DNA of 64,000 bases from Camelus ferus. Lineage: Eukaryota. Location: the NCBI RefSeq assembly GCF_009834535.1, contig NC_045697.1, positions 21,764,001 to 21,828,000 on the forward strand, in the 5' to 3' direction. A program made the position numbers and the translations under genes. The notes under the pieces are model-generated. The model had not been told where the DNA came from. It did not search any database and worked only from the letters and a program-made list of their open reading frames with translations. This document shows, in pieces, positions 49,911-62,087 of the stretch; within the stretch, counting starts at the first letter, position 1, and every line of letters starts with the position of its first letter.

Positions 49911-52900
49911 TCATTCAGTTTTAAAATTCTCATATGAAATATTTCCTCTAGAAGTTCTTCTACCAGTTGTAATCCAAATAAAATGAGTTTGGTAATATAA
50001 ATTGTATATCTGATTAACGTATTTTTGTTATATCAGCAAGGAGCTTGTTTATATCTTATAGCAGTGTCTTTTAGTATAATTACAATAAGCTGATGTGTGT
50101 AGCCATCAAAGAAGTTATATTAATAACTACCAGGTAAGTTTTCTAGCATAGCTCTTGATTTGTTCCAACATAATGTCTTATTCTTATGGAGGAATTATAC
50201 TTGTGGGTCCAAATTCTCAGACCCTAGACTTTGGCTTCATTAGACTTGCCTTCTAATCAACAGAGTTTAACAGATAAATTTAGGATGACAGAGATCAGAC
50301 TCATTAGAACCGCAGATGTAAAAGCCATCTCCCTTAATGCCCTTCCCCAACCTCTAATTCCCATTTTCCATTCTACATGAAATTCTTCCCCCAGTAACCT
50401 CACTGCTGGGATATACAGCCTTTAGTTACATATTTGTTCTATGCTTGGGTGGGAACTAAACTCACATCTTGGAGTTTTCTCTCTGTTCCTTGGGTTATAT
50501 ACTTCTTTGGGATTTTGAAAGAGAACTGAAAGATTCTTACTCCTTATTTCTCATGTAGACATCTCATATATTTCTGGTTAGACTAGGCAACAGCAAATAA
50601 ACTTGCAGAAATCTGTAAGAGAATGCACCAAAATATTTAATGGGTTGGAAATGAAAGGTTAGGAGTTTCAGTCTTTTAGATGTTTTGAGAAGATGAGATT
50701 ATGCAGATTTTAAAATGCAATTAAAATTTATTGAGAATCAGCTATAATTTTTAAATCAAAAGTAACAAGTTTTTCAGACTTTTAGTTTATTCAAATAACT
50801 ATAATATTATTAAGTGATCAAGAGAATGAAGATCTGTGTGTGAGAATTAAAACTTTCTAAATTATCTAATTTCTACCCAAGCAACATTTCTTGGGGGGGG
50901 CATTAATTCTGAAGTACTGGCTACCTATGTATTTGGTAGGAACAGTGTGCCCTAGGTCTATTAAAGACTTATTAAATGCTTCATTAAATTATTCTTTATT
51001 GGAATTATACAAAGTTAACTTTTTTTTTTTAATACCATGCATCTGCTATAGAAGTGTGAACTAGTAACCAATGGAGATGTGAATGCTGAGGATTCCTTAG
51101 CTAATGTCAGGGATCATGCTGTAAAGTCAGATTCACACAAATCAGAGGACTTAGTAGCAAGCATTACTAGTAATTTCAGAGATACAAGTGATTGAGGAGC
51201 ATGGGTCATGAAAACTTTGTACAACTATGTCCTTTCTGTCAACACGAGGCAGGTACTCCATGACTCAGTAATGTAAGAGGTGTCCCATGAGGTTTATGGG
51301 ATACCTTAAAGAGTGAGGAGGATTTAGTTTATGAAAAATCTCCGTTTGATACTCTCAGATAGTTACAGGGCTTACATGACATTTTCTAGGAGGCCATGCC
51401 TCATAAATTCCTACAACACAAGTTTGTTTACCATAAACAATCCTAAAGCAGAAATGTCTTGTTAAAAGCACTTCATAGGTAACTACTACCCTCCTGGCAA
51501 GCACTGCTTGTCTATTTACTAGGAGGTCCACTTACCAAGATGTTTACAAGAAGATTATGCCAAGTAACCTACCTTCTTTCTTTCCCTAGAGGTGATTACA
51601 AGCCAACTTTTTAAACTACTTTTCTTCTAATTAATAACTTTGTGTGTACCTAAACAAAATGCCTATCAAAAGTCATTATAAGGTTTGATATTGATCTCTG
51701 GGTTTAAATCTTTCAGAAAGATCCCCTTAACATTTTCTGACTACAGAAAAACTAAATGTCGGCAGTAAGAATAATTCATTTGAGACTTTTTTGGAATATA
51801 TTTGTCTGAAGGTTAAACACAGTAATCAAATATATCTAAATTCAGTAATGCCTATGTTTATTGGAATGGTATGTGACTGGAAAGTCTAGATAATAAAATA
51901 TTAAATTAGTTGAAGGCTGCTCATTTATGTGGGCAAATTTCCCTGGGTGAAGAAAGCAACAAGTATGTAGGAATCTACAATCCTGGGATTGTTTTTCAAA
52001 TATGCATAAGTTTAGTGTTTGATTTATAGTCTTATGATTGCATGTTCCCAGGATGTGCATCAACATGGATAGAGGTATTTAACATGTGACTACCAGCCAC
52101 TCAACTTTATTCTGAACCACAGAATCTTTAACAAAATAATACATTCTGTAGGGATAACAGAAATACATGTCCAATGTCCCCAAGTTCCAGAGTCCAAACA
52201 TTGTACATACATGGAATTCGAGTTTCCTAGGAAGTTTGCAACCTTTTACTATAAATTTTTGAAAGCAATAATATTGTATTCATAAAAAGTCACAGCTCTT
52301 AATATATGAGCCTCAAGTTAATCAAAACAGTTTAACAACTATCCTACACTTTTGGCTTTCTTGAGAAAAATGTCTTTTATCTGAGTCCTCAACCTCAGTT
52401 CTCTCCTTTCATTCCACACAGGCATATGGGTTTAGATTAAGATTTGCATAGTTAAACTTGATGTAAGGATTTCTCAAACATCCCATCATAGTGCACCATT
52501 GGTAAATAGTTCCGCTGTGAAATGTAATTGCGTATTTATCTAACCTGCATTTCTTAAGCAAATATTTTCCAAATTTACAACTGTCAAACAGGTCAGCATG
52601 CTACCTGAGCTATCATTTCTTCCTTACTTTTGAAAGCTATAACTAGCATATGTCATCCTGTAAAAGGTGATTTTTTTTAATCTGATAATTTCAGAATGTG
52701 AATATTTGAAATTAAATCATAATGACAATATAGTTTCCTCAATCTTTTCTATCGCTTTCAGTCTCACTGCTGAGAAGCTCCACGTGGTTTTCATTGTATT
52801 TAGATATATGGCATTCTATCAGATTAATACTAGGTTTTTCTTTCCTGTCCAAAAATTTGAAGTCACACTAGACATGACCTAAAAAAGTTTGTTAAAAAAA

Positions 52901-53059
52901 ATGGGAAACTGAATTGGAGCTCAAATTCATGAGAAATGTGACTATAACCATTTATAGGAAAGAAAATTACTTATTTCAGAAAGCCATCTTCAAGTAACAG
53001 CAGCACAGGCATTACAGGGAAAAAAAAAAGCAACCAAATAAATAAGGCAGTTAGTGAAT

Positions 53060-53200
53060 CCTCTTTAAGGCGGACGTCACAATGATTTCTGGGCCACCGA
53101 CATAAAAAGCCTATTGTGAAGGAAGCTCAAGACCTATTATAGAGCAGCACATTGTCACTTCTGTGAGTCCAAACAAAGCCCTGAGGAAATCGGTGCATCC
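53060..53200. promoter_or_regulatory. Candidate enhancer (SOX-motif cluster)
   Basis: CACAATG, CTATTGTG, CATTGTC and AACAAAG within about 100 bp of unique sequence; also GACGTCA, CATAAAA and retained CpGs. Confidence 0.3.
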
Positions 53201-53529
53201 AGTACATTCCTCTGTGAAATATTAAATTACTTAGTTCTGAAGTGCCATTTTTGAGTTGCAAAGCTATTTCCTAGAAGCATTTCTCAATGTGTCATAGATT
53301 GCTTTAAAAAAGAAGTTGATGACAATAGAAAAAAATAATAATAATAACACAATAACAGTATCAGTCGTAGTCTTGACAAATCCATACTAACCATTTCTGA
53401 GCTGGATGAGCAGCATCTGTCTCACATAAGGAAATGACACTCAGCCACATGTAAGAAAGCATATGTGCAAGAGGAAAGATACTTTCCGACTGCTCCTTGA
53501 GTGGTTATACAAGTGGTAATATCATGGAA

Positions 53530-53750
53530 TGGTTAAAGTGGAATTTCAATCCATTCCATACAGACCTGGTGTTGACTCTGGGCTCTACCACTATACAAGC
53601 TGTTTAAGCCTCATCGAGTATCTGCATCTTGCAGAGTTCAGTGGTCTTATTTATAGACACTTAAAACATAGATAAGTGTCAAATTAAATTATGTGAAAGA
53701 GTCCCTAGGCATCTAGAAAAACACTACCAACAATTGTGATGGTGACTACT
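53530..53750 (+). mobile_element. MIR remnant
   Basis: cagacctggtgttgactctgggctctaccact...gctgt. Confidence 0.5.
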
Positions 53751-53865
53751 GTGATGACATTATTTTTCTCTGTAAACTTATTCCTAAGTAAATGTAAAAT
53801 GAACACATGTTATTTCAGGCATCCACTGTGAGACTATTATATGAAACTATATTACTGCTGACTCA

Positions 53866-55320
53866 GTCATTCATTTACTCAAAAAATTTGAATTTGAACA
53901 TCTTTTATGTGCAAGACATTAATCTAGGTACTTGGGATACTCAAGTAAATAAAACAGACATAGATCTCTAGTCTTGTGGAGTTAACATTCTATTAGACAA
54001 TAGTAAATAAATACCATAAATACAGTAACATATTGGAAGTGGAGCAGTGATATGGAAAAATATAAACAGATCAGAATAAAAGGGAACTGGGAAAGGAGCA
54101 TGGTGCAATTTTAATTACAACTCACGGAAAAGGTGAATTCTGAGCAAAGGTTTGAAGGAACTGTGGGCTTGACCACACATCAGGAATCGCTGGTACAAAG
54201 ACCCTAAGATGGCAGAGACAAGTGTAGCTAGAGAAGAACCAGCAAAGCAGGGAGAAGTATGACAGGAAAAGATGAAGGAAGGACACCCAGGTCAGCTACT
54301 ACCTCATCAGACATTGTAAAGGCTTTGAATTTTTCTCTCAGTAAAATGTAGAAAAATCTTAAGGTTTTGTTCAGAAGAGTAATGTGATTGTATTTGTTTA
54401 TAAATGATCAGTCTAGATACTTTGTTGAGAACAGAATAAGGGGTTAGAGGGTAGAGAGGCCAGTTAGGAGGCTACTGAAGTAATCTACGAGAGGGCTGTT
54501 GATACCAACCAGGGTGATCGCAGGAAACAGAGAGACAGGGTTAGATTTAAGATATACTTGGGATATAAATTCAACCGGATTCCCTGTTGAATACTGTGTG
54601 GGTTGTGAGAGAAATAGATAAGTCTCCAATGACTTAAAGTTCTTAGAATTGAGCAATTGTAAAGAGTTGCCAAAAAATAGACCTGGGATGAATACAGAAA
54701 GAGGATAATTTATGTAGTCTTCTTCTGGGGTGAGCTGGGGTGTAAGGGAGGAGAAAGAGCCCAATCTGAGAGTTCAGAAATACTGTTTTTGAGATATTTA
54801 TCAGATATTCAAGTGGAAGTACCAAATAGACAGTTAATAAACAAGTCTAGGGTTCAAGAGAGAAGTCTGAATTGGATGTATACATTTGAGAGTCATCAGC
54901 GTATAACGGGTATTTCAAGTCATGAGCCCAGAAAAAATCATCATGAGTGATGAAATAGAAAGGAGAAAAAGACCAACCTCTAAGTATTGTGACATTAACA
55001 GGCAGGAGAGTCGTGAGCAAAAGAGATTTTAAAGAAAGACCACTGAGTTAGGAGATAAAACAAGGGCATGTAATTAATCATGATAAATGCTCCTAAGAGA
55101 TAAAAGATATTGAGGACAGAGAATGAACCGCTGGAAAGAACAGCATAAAGGCATCAGTGACCTTGAGAGGGCAGTTTCATTATATCGGTAGGAGGCAAAA
55201 ACCTGACTAAAGTGGTTTTAGAGAGGATGGGAACAGCGGGCATAAACCATTACATGTTTTGGAAGCTTACCTTTCAGGTTTTAGCAAGAAAGGAGATTGG
55301 AAATTATGAAAAAGAGAAGA
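53866..55320 (-). mobile_element. L2 LINE, about 1.4 kb of the 3' portion
   Basis: tcattcatttactcaa...tatgtgcaagacatt...gaggccagttaggaggctactgaagtaatc...catttgagagtcatcagc. Confidence 0.88.
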
Positions 55321-55566
55321 GCTGAGGTGGGAAGGTACAAAGAGGATAAGGAGGGATTGCTCAAAGATAAAAGGGACTCTTTCCTGTGCATAGGAAACAC
55401 AGGGAGTTAGCTGAGTAATGAAGCAAAGACCACTGCAGAGTAAAACAACCATACTGGTCCAGACCCACTGTCCTCCAAAACAAATATTCACTGCATTTTC
55501 AGAGAGAGGAATATGTTTTCAGAATGAGTCTCACAGACCGACAGAGTAAGCTGTAGTATTTGTGGC

Positions 55567-56019
55567 TGCTGTGATTTGAACTGTGTCCTCCAAAAAGATA
55601 CGTTCACGTCCTAACCCCTGCTGGTGCCTGTAAATGTGAACTTATTTGAAAGCAGGGTCATCGCAGATGCAATCACATTAAGATAAAGTTATATTGGATT
55701 AGGGTGGCTCTAATCCAATAACTGGTGCCCTTACAAAAAAGCCATGTAAAGACACAAATTTAGACAGAGAAAAGAAGTCTATGTGATGACAGAGGTAGAA
55801 ATTAGAGTTATACAGCTTCAAGCCAGGGAATGCCAGATTGCCAGAAACCACCAGAAGCTAAGACAGGGAAAGGAAATTTGCTCCCTCAGAGAGAAAGGGG
55901 ATCTGCTGACACCCTCATTTTGGATGTCTGGCTTTCAAACTGTGAAAGAATAAATGTCTGTTGTTTTAAGCCACCCAGTGTGTGGAACATTGTGACGACA
56001 GCCCTAGGAAACTCATATA
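55567..56019 (+). mobile_element. Full-length MaLR solo LTR (MLT1B-like)
   Basis: tgaactgtgtcctccaaaaagatacgtt...aataaatgtctgttgttttaagccacccagt; 5-bp TSD GTGGC (55562-55566) and GTGGT (56020-56024). Confidence 0.92.
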
Positions 56020-56709
56020 GTGGTATTATTCTAAGGATGTTGGAAAAAAAAAAAAAGAATCGTTTAAATCCCTTCTTCTTCACATGATTTCTAACACTGA
56101 ATAATCCTAGAAGATATGCTCCATCAAAGAGAGTTAGCATTTTCAAATAAACTCAAGATTACTGGTTACACATACCTTAGTAGAGTTGCATCTCAACTTA
56201 TTTTATCTTAGTAGAACCTGATAGAAGGAACACCAAAAGTAACCTGAAATAGTAATGAAAGCAACTCTGAAGTCACTAAAGATAAATTAGTATAATTCAT
56301 AATAACTGCACTCAACACTAGTTTCAAAACTTAGACTGACCCTTCAACTACCTTAATCACTCTGTCATGAGTTAGATGTGTACTTTGTGCCAGTTCTGCA
56401 CTGATATCCTCAAGCTTCCAGCATCCCTGGTCGAGACCCGCAGGAACAAAGTGTGTGGTTGGTTGTACCAACTGCGTCCCGCCATATTCCCTCCAACTCA
56501 GAGGGGAGGTAGGGAACAGGGACTGAAATTTATCTGAATATATGCTCACCTATTTATACCCCTAGGACCTGAAGAAGAGGTGCTTTTCTCCAGCTAATTT
56601 TCTCCTAAGTTCCACTTGTGCTAGCAGAATTTGTTGGGTTTAGTAGTAATGGATCACCATGCCTACATTTATAGTATGTTACACTACATAGTGCCTACAT
56701 ACTATAGTA

Positions 56710-57880
56710 CGTTAGAGAGCATTTTGGTGCTGGGACCACAACAGTGACAGAGACAGAGTGCTTGCCTTCCAACAGTTTATACTGAAAAAAGAAATTTAAA
56801 AAAAAATTTCTAGATTTATAATAATTGCTAATACAGGGATAATAACAAAGTTTTGGAACATTTTTAGGACAGTCCAGTTTCCTAGAAGAGTTACTCTTTA
56901 AATCAAAGCTCAAGACTGAGTAAGAATTAGCCATGAGAAGAAATGGAATAATAGAAATTTCAGTTAAAGCCAAAACCATAAGCAAATTCCAAGAAGCCAG
57001 AAGCAGTAGCTTATTCATAAGACTGCAAAATGTTCAGTTCATTTAGAGTAGGTGGAGAGGGCAGGAGAAAAACTGTAGGTATAAGCAGGGGCCAAATCAT
57101 GAAAGACCCTGAATGTATCTTAGAGAAAACAAATACAGCCAATGACACGTTTAAAAGCAAGAAAAATAATCAGATTAAATATTAAAATGATGACTTAATA
57201 GGTAGTGGGAGAAATAAATTGGAAGGCAAGGCTAGAAACTGGAAGAAGTGAATATAAAATCCAAGATTGAATATATGGCCTGAACTATGATTCTAGAAGG
57301 AAAGAAATGAACATATGTGAAAAATAATAATGAATAGCTGTGGCTGATTGCATCTGGAGGTGGAAAATAAAGGAATCAAGGAAGACTCGGGATTTGGGGG
57401 AACAAGATAGAGAATAAGGGAGGAAAATTGGGAAGGACAGGGTGAAGATAGTTTCGTTTTGGATAAATTGGATTTGAAGCCATTATGGTATGCTTTTGGT
57501 GGAGATGTTGAATGATACATCGTATATAAAAGTTCATGAGTGAGATGAATCTTGGAAATTTGTAATGTCATCTGCACCTATGTGTTTGCTGAAGAAAAGC
57601 AGCTGGAGTAGCTGGGATCCACAGAGAAAATACAGAAGAAAGAATTAGAATAGGGCTCATAACAGCACCTTGAAGAACAACTACATTTTACAGCACAGAC
57701 GGAAAAGAGGAGACTATGAAAGGAATTCAGGAGTAGGCCCGAAATGTTATGCTCGTGTGTGGAAACTAACGGGAAAGAGTGTTCCAAGTAAAACGAGGTC
57801 AACAGTTTCAAATGAGGCAGAGGAATATAGTAGATAAAGACTGAAAATTATCTTGATTTGGCCACAAAGAGAGAATTGTT
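56710..57880 (-). mobile_element. L2 LINE fragment
   Basis: gcaggggccaaatcatgaaagaccc; gaatcaaggaagactc; gaatatagtagataaagactgaaaa. Confidence 0.7.
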
Positions 57881-60469
57881 CAGTGCAATTACTGGCCTAA
57901 AAAGTGACTTATCTCTGAGCTGGCCCACATTTTAGCTTTAAAATGTTTTAATTAAGGACATAAGGCCATTCATAGTATTAGTAAGTACTAATAAACATTA
58001 GTTGATTGATCAATTAATCTTTCATTTTCATAATCAGTTAAGTTTATGTACATGAACTTTGTACACTGAATACAAACCCAGCAATCCCGTGAACAAATCA
58101 AAAGAGACACTTTTACAACACTGGACATTGTCTCTTAATTAAAGTCATTTTCTAAATATAGCTGAATACCAACCCTTAGATTACATACAGGGACATGGAA
58201 TCCAAGTAATCCATGCCTCTTTATTTCGTAGATACAGCAGAAAACTGAGTTAGTCTTAGTATTCTGAATAAATAAGAACTCTATATCCTGGAGAATTATT
58301 TGGCAACATGCAGAGTTGTGTCCTAGGAAAAACTGTTTCCCATTCATGTTTGCATTACCTTTGCAATAAGTCCTCCATGGATGACTGCCAGTGGAAAAAT
58401 CATGAAACACGTGGATGAATGGAAAAGAGTACACGTTATGTAATGGAAAGCAGATTGCAAAAGCTAATGGGATTAACCCAGAGTGCCCCAAAGAGAAATA
58501 TTAGACCATAAGTAGATCCATTAGATTCATCAGTAAATACTTTCATGAAACAGAAAAATTACAGTATGCAGTTACCCTCTGTAGGTGACACTTGTTTGTT
58601 CTTACCCAGTTTTTTGCACCCTCTCTTGAAAATATGTTCACTAAGAAATCTCTCTTACCATCATGTTTCTGTTTTGAGATTTGCTCTCTAACTATACCCG
58701 TAAGTCAGTACCATTTTCTTCCCTCACTCACCAATCCAAGGGAATCTGTCCCTTGTTCTTGTCCAGCAGGCCAGCTACTCAGATGAATTACTCTAACCTG
58801 CGGTGTACTGGAGATATTCTGACCCCTCCCCCCCAGACTATATGTGTCCTTAATAGGCATTTAATAAAGTATTTGTAGACAATTTTAGTGTCTCCCCACC
58901 CTTAAAGCATGGAGGAGATGTACTGTGTTGTTAAACCAGTACCTAGCAGAATACTGATTATAAGTGAGTTCTTCATAATTTGATTTCAGCACAGTGTTCC
59001 ATTGATTCAAAACATGGTTCAAGAGGAAAACAGTTGTCAATCAGCTTTTCAAAATTTATGTTCCCAATGTCATCATTTTGTTACTCAAGGCAATTGTTGA
59101 TATGGCTATAAGAGGCTGAGATACACGCGCACAGATACATGCTCACATGGTGTCCTCAGAAGATAAAAATACTGCAAAACCTCATGAACTCATTGATGAC
59201 ATAGGTCTTACTTCAGCTGAAAGTTAAAGTTACTGAATAATTATGGAATGTATATAAAACATTTAGATTCAGAAATAAATATTCTGGTAATTCCATTCAA
59301 ACATATGCTTTGATTCAGAGCTGTATTTTCAAAAAAAAAAAAAAAAACTGGGAAGATTGGTTAAGGAAAAATAATCTCTCTCCTTCTTTCTCTCTCAGTC
59401 TTTTTTGGTAAAGATCTTTTCAAAGGACATAAAACTCCTCAGGGATGATGTTCTTCTTTCCTCCTAAATAACCCTTCACAGTGTTGCTTTATGTTAACTT
59501 TTCCAGAGCTTTTAATTTTCAAATATAACATTCTGAAGATCTCCTCCTGACAGCAGAGCTCAAAAACTAGTCTTCTCACATTTAATGATTCTTTACATAA
59601 TTGCATTTTTCTTGTTGGATAACCTAGAACAGAATTTTAACATAATGTAGAATTTGACTTTGAAAATACATATAATTTATAAATATCCTTGAAATAAATA
59701 TAATTTTGGTATAGTATATTCTAAATTTGACTTTGTAACTTCTTTGTGAGCTTTCAAATTTCCCTATTACTTCTGGTGTTTTTCTTTCAATTGACATCAT
59801 GTTGTAAAATAACGTATCCTATAGTAATGCAGATCCTAATGTAATGGATTTTTCTACTTGGATAAGATACTTCCATTAAACCTTCAAAAGGACACCAGGG
59901 TAAGTATTTGAGTTCCTACAGCATTCCAATAAAGAATATTTTAAGCCTTGCAAGTTTCTAACCCCCAAATCAAACTAGATAAGTAACAGACCACTCCATC
60001 CCTGCCTAAGGTGCGTCCTATCTTCTAGACTGATCAGCAGTGCAACAGACAATATGAAATACTGAACCAAGATCACTTAGTACTCTTGGAACTATACCAT
60101 CAGAATCTGTATCAACATCTAGCACATGGTGTTTTGAAGTATATGTCTGTAATTTGACCTGAAATGTCCTAATCATTTTTGAGTATCTAGAGCCACATCA
60201 CCCCTTCCAATCCACAAAAAAAAACTAATCTTGGAAAGTCTTCAAAATTAAAAAAATGGAACAAAATCTCCCTTTTGAAGTTTTATCTAATCTTCACTTC
60301 ATATTTTATAAAATATACGAAGTCATATATTTTAAATATTTAAATAGCTAAAACAAACAAAAAAACAAGAATAAAACCCCACCTAATGCCTGTAACTACT
60401 TTCAAAACTTGAAATAATTTGTAAGTATATAATTTTTTTGAATCAATTAAACATTTAGTTGAAATACTT

Positions 60470-60995
60470 AAATGAAAAATCTTAATAGCTGTCCCTTGAC
60501 CACAGAATAAAATCCAAAGCCAATTAAATGTCATACAGGGCCCTGTGCAAATTGATTCTTAATAAACTTCTAAATTTCATTCTTACCATTTACCTCTTTG
60601 CACTCATTTACCTTTGGGCCTTTCCACATTCTTTTTTTCCTCTGAATCTGGACCACTATTCCCTCTAGGTTTTATATCTCATCCTTTGTACCTCTAGGAA
60701 GTATTCTACCCCCAGTTCCTTTCTGTCCCCTGATCTCCACACACATATGGTAACATTTGTATCAAGATCTTCTCTTATGTGGTGTCACAGCACAAGGGAC
60801 TTCCTCCACTGGAACCCCAATTATACTGCATTCTAGTTTTCTGTTGGAGCTATTATCCTGGAAGGGAGGAACCACAGCCGTCATACTCAACACTTATATC
60901 TCAAGTGCTTAGCCCAGTGACTAGCATATAATAGGTGCTCAATATTATGTATCCACAAATGGATGAATTATTGAAGAATCAGTGTAAGAATTAAT
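60470..60995 (+). mobile_element. L2 3' fragment
   Basis: cagaataaaatccaaa...gtgcttagcccagtgactagcatataataggtgctcaata. Confidence 0.7.
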
Positions 60996-62087
60996 GAAAA
61001 TATATAACATCAAAATAGACAAGAACCCATTTATTTAATTCGGGGTATTAAAACAAAAAGGCTTTGCTGAAAAGAAAGAAAACATAACAAAAAAAATACA
61101 TAATACATTTGTCCTGAAAGTATGAATTAAAACTTTTTTCCCCTGTTTCTGAGAAAGTATTGTAACAAAATAAATTTCCTTTTGAAGTAAATTACTTTAA
61201 AGGTGCACACATTTGGCCACTCTAAAATTACAACTTTCCCATTTGTTCTGCAGTTAATTCCTTCTTATGCAGGGTAATGTGTGTTTTAGTCACTCTGCAC
61301 GACACTGTTATGACTTATTCTACATTTATAAAATAACATTTCTGTCTTTAACCAAGCTATTCAAGTCTTCAAGTTAAAAAGAAAAAAATAATAATAATTT
61401 ACATTTTTTTAAAACAGGTTCAAGACAGACTTGACCCTTAAAGAATGTCATGAGTTCTTTTCTGTTTCTCAGTGCCTCTAAAAGTTCTTTTGATTTAAAA
61501 GCAGCAACTTTTCTACCAATTTTACAGTTTTAACAGAAACTTTATTTTACCCGTTAACATGAGAATTTTTCTGAAAAACTTTAGAAAACAGAACTGCATT
61601 TAAAGACAATGAATTGTTTCTATGTATTTATTATTTATCATTGTAACATTACATGAAACTTCAAAACATAATAATGAAATTAATCATCACTATAATATTG
61701 TTATTTATTGCTAAGTATTTTATATGTGAGGCTTATTTTAATCACTACCAACAATAGATTACATTACAGGTACTCTAAAATATGTGCTTAAGGAATCAGC
61801 ATGCCTAAATAACTCCCTCCCTAAAGAAAAAAGGGGAAATTATTTGACATTATTTTTAAAATGACATAAAATATTTTCATCATAGGGAGAATAAAAATAC
61901 TGTTGGGCTTTTTTCTAATTAATCTATGGTTTAGAAATATTTCCATTTTGACTTGCATATGAAGAAATTTAATAAACAGGTCAATGCTTGGGCTTCTCAA
62001 CTTCTTAATTTATCCCTATTTGTTACAACAGTCTTTTAAGATAATTGATATCATAATCTCTAATGTACTGATAAAGAAATGGAGCTT

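Noticed and set aside
58135..58491. 118-aa minus-strand ORF and a possible 26-nt micro-exon (cag|TCATCC...AAAG|gtaatg)
   Set aside because: No homology recognised and no independent support.
36185..59906. Isolated strong plus-strand donors (CAG|GTGAGT about 36192, CAG|GTAAGT about 50133, AGG|GTAAGT about 59900)
   Set aside because: Such motifs are expected a few times by chance, and they could not be chained into a consistent reading frame.
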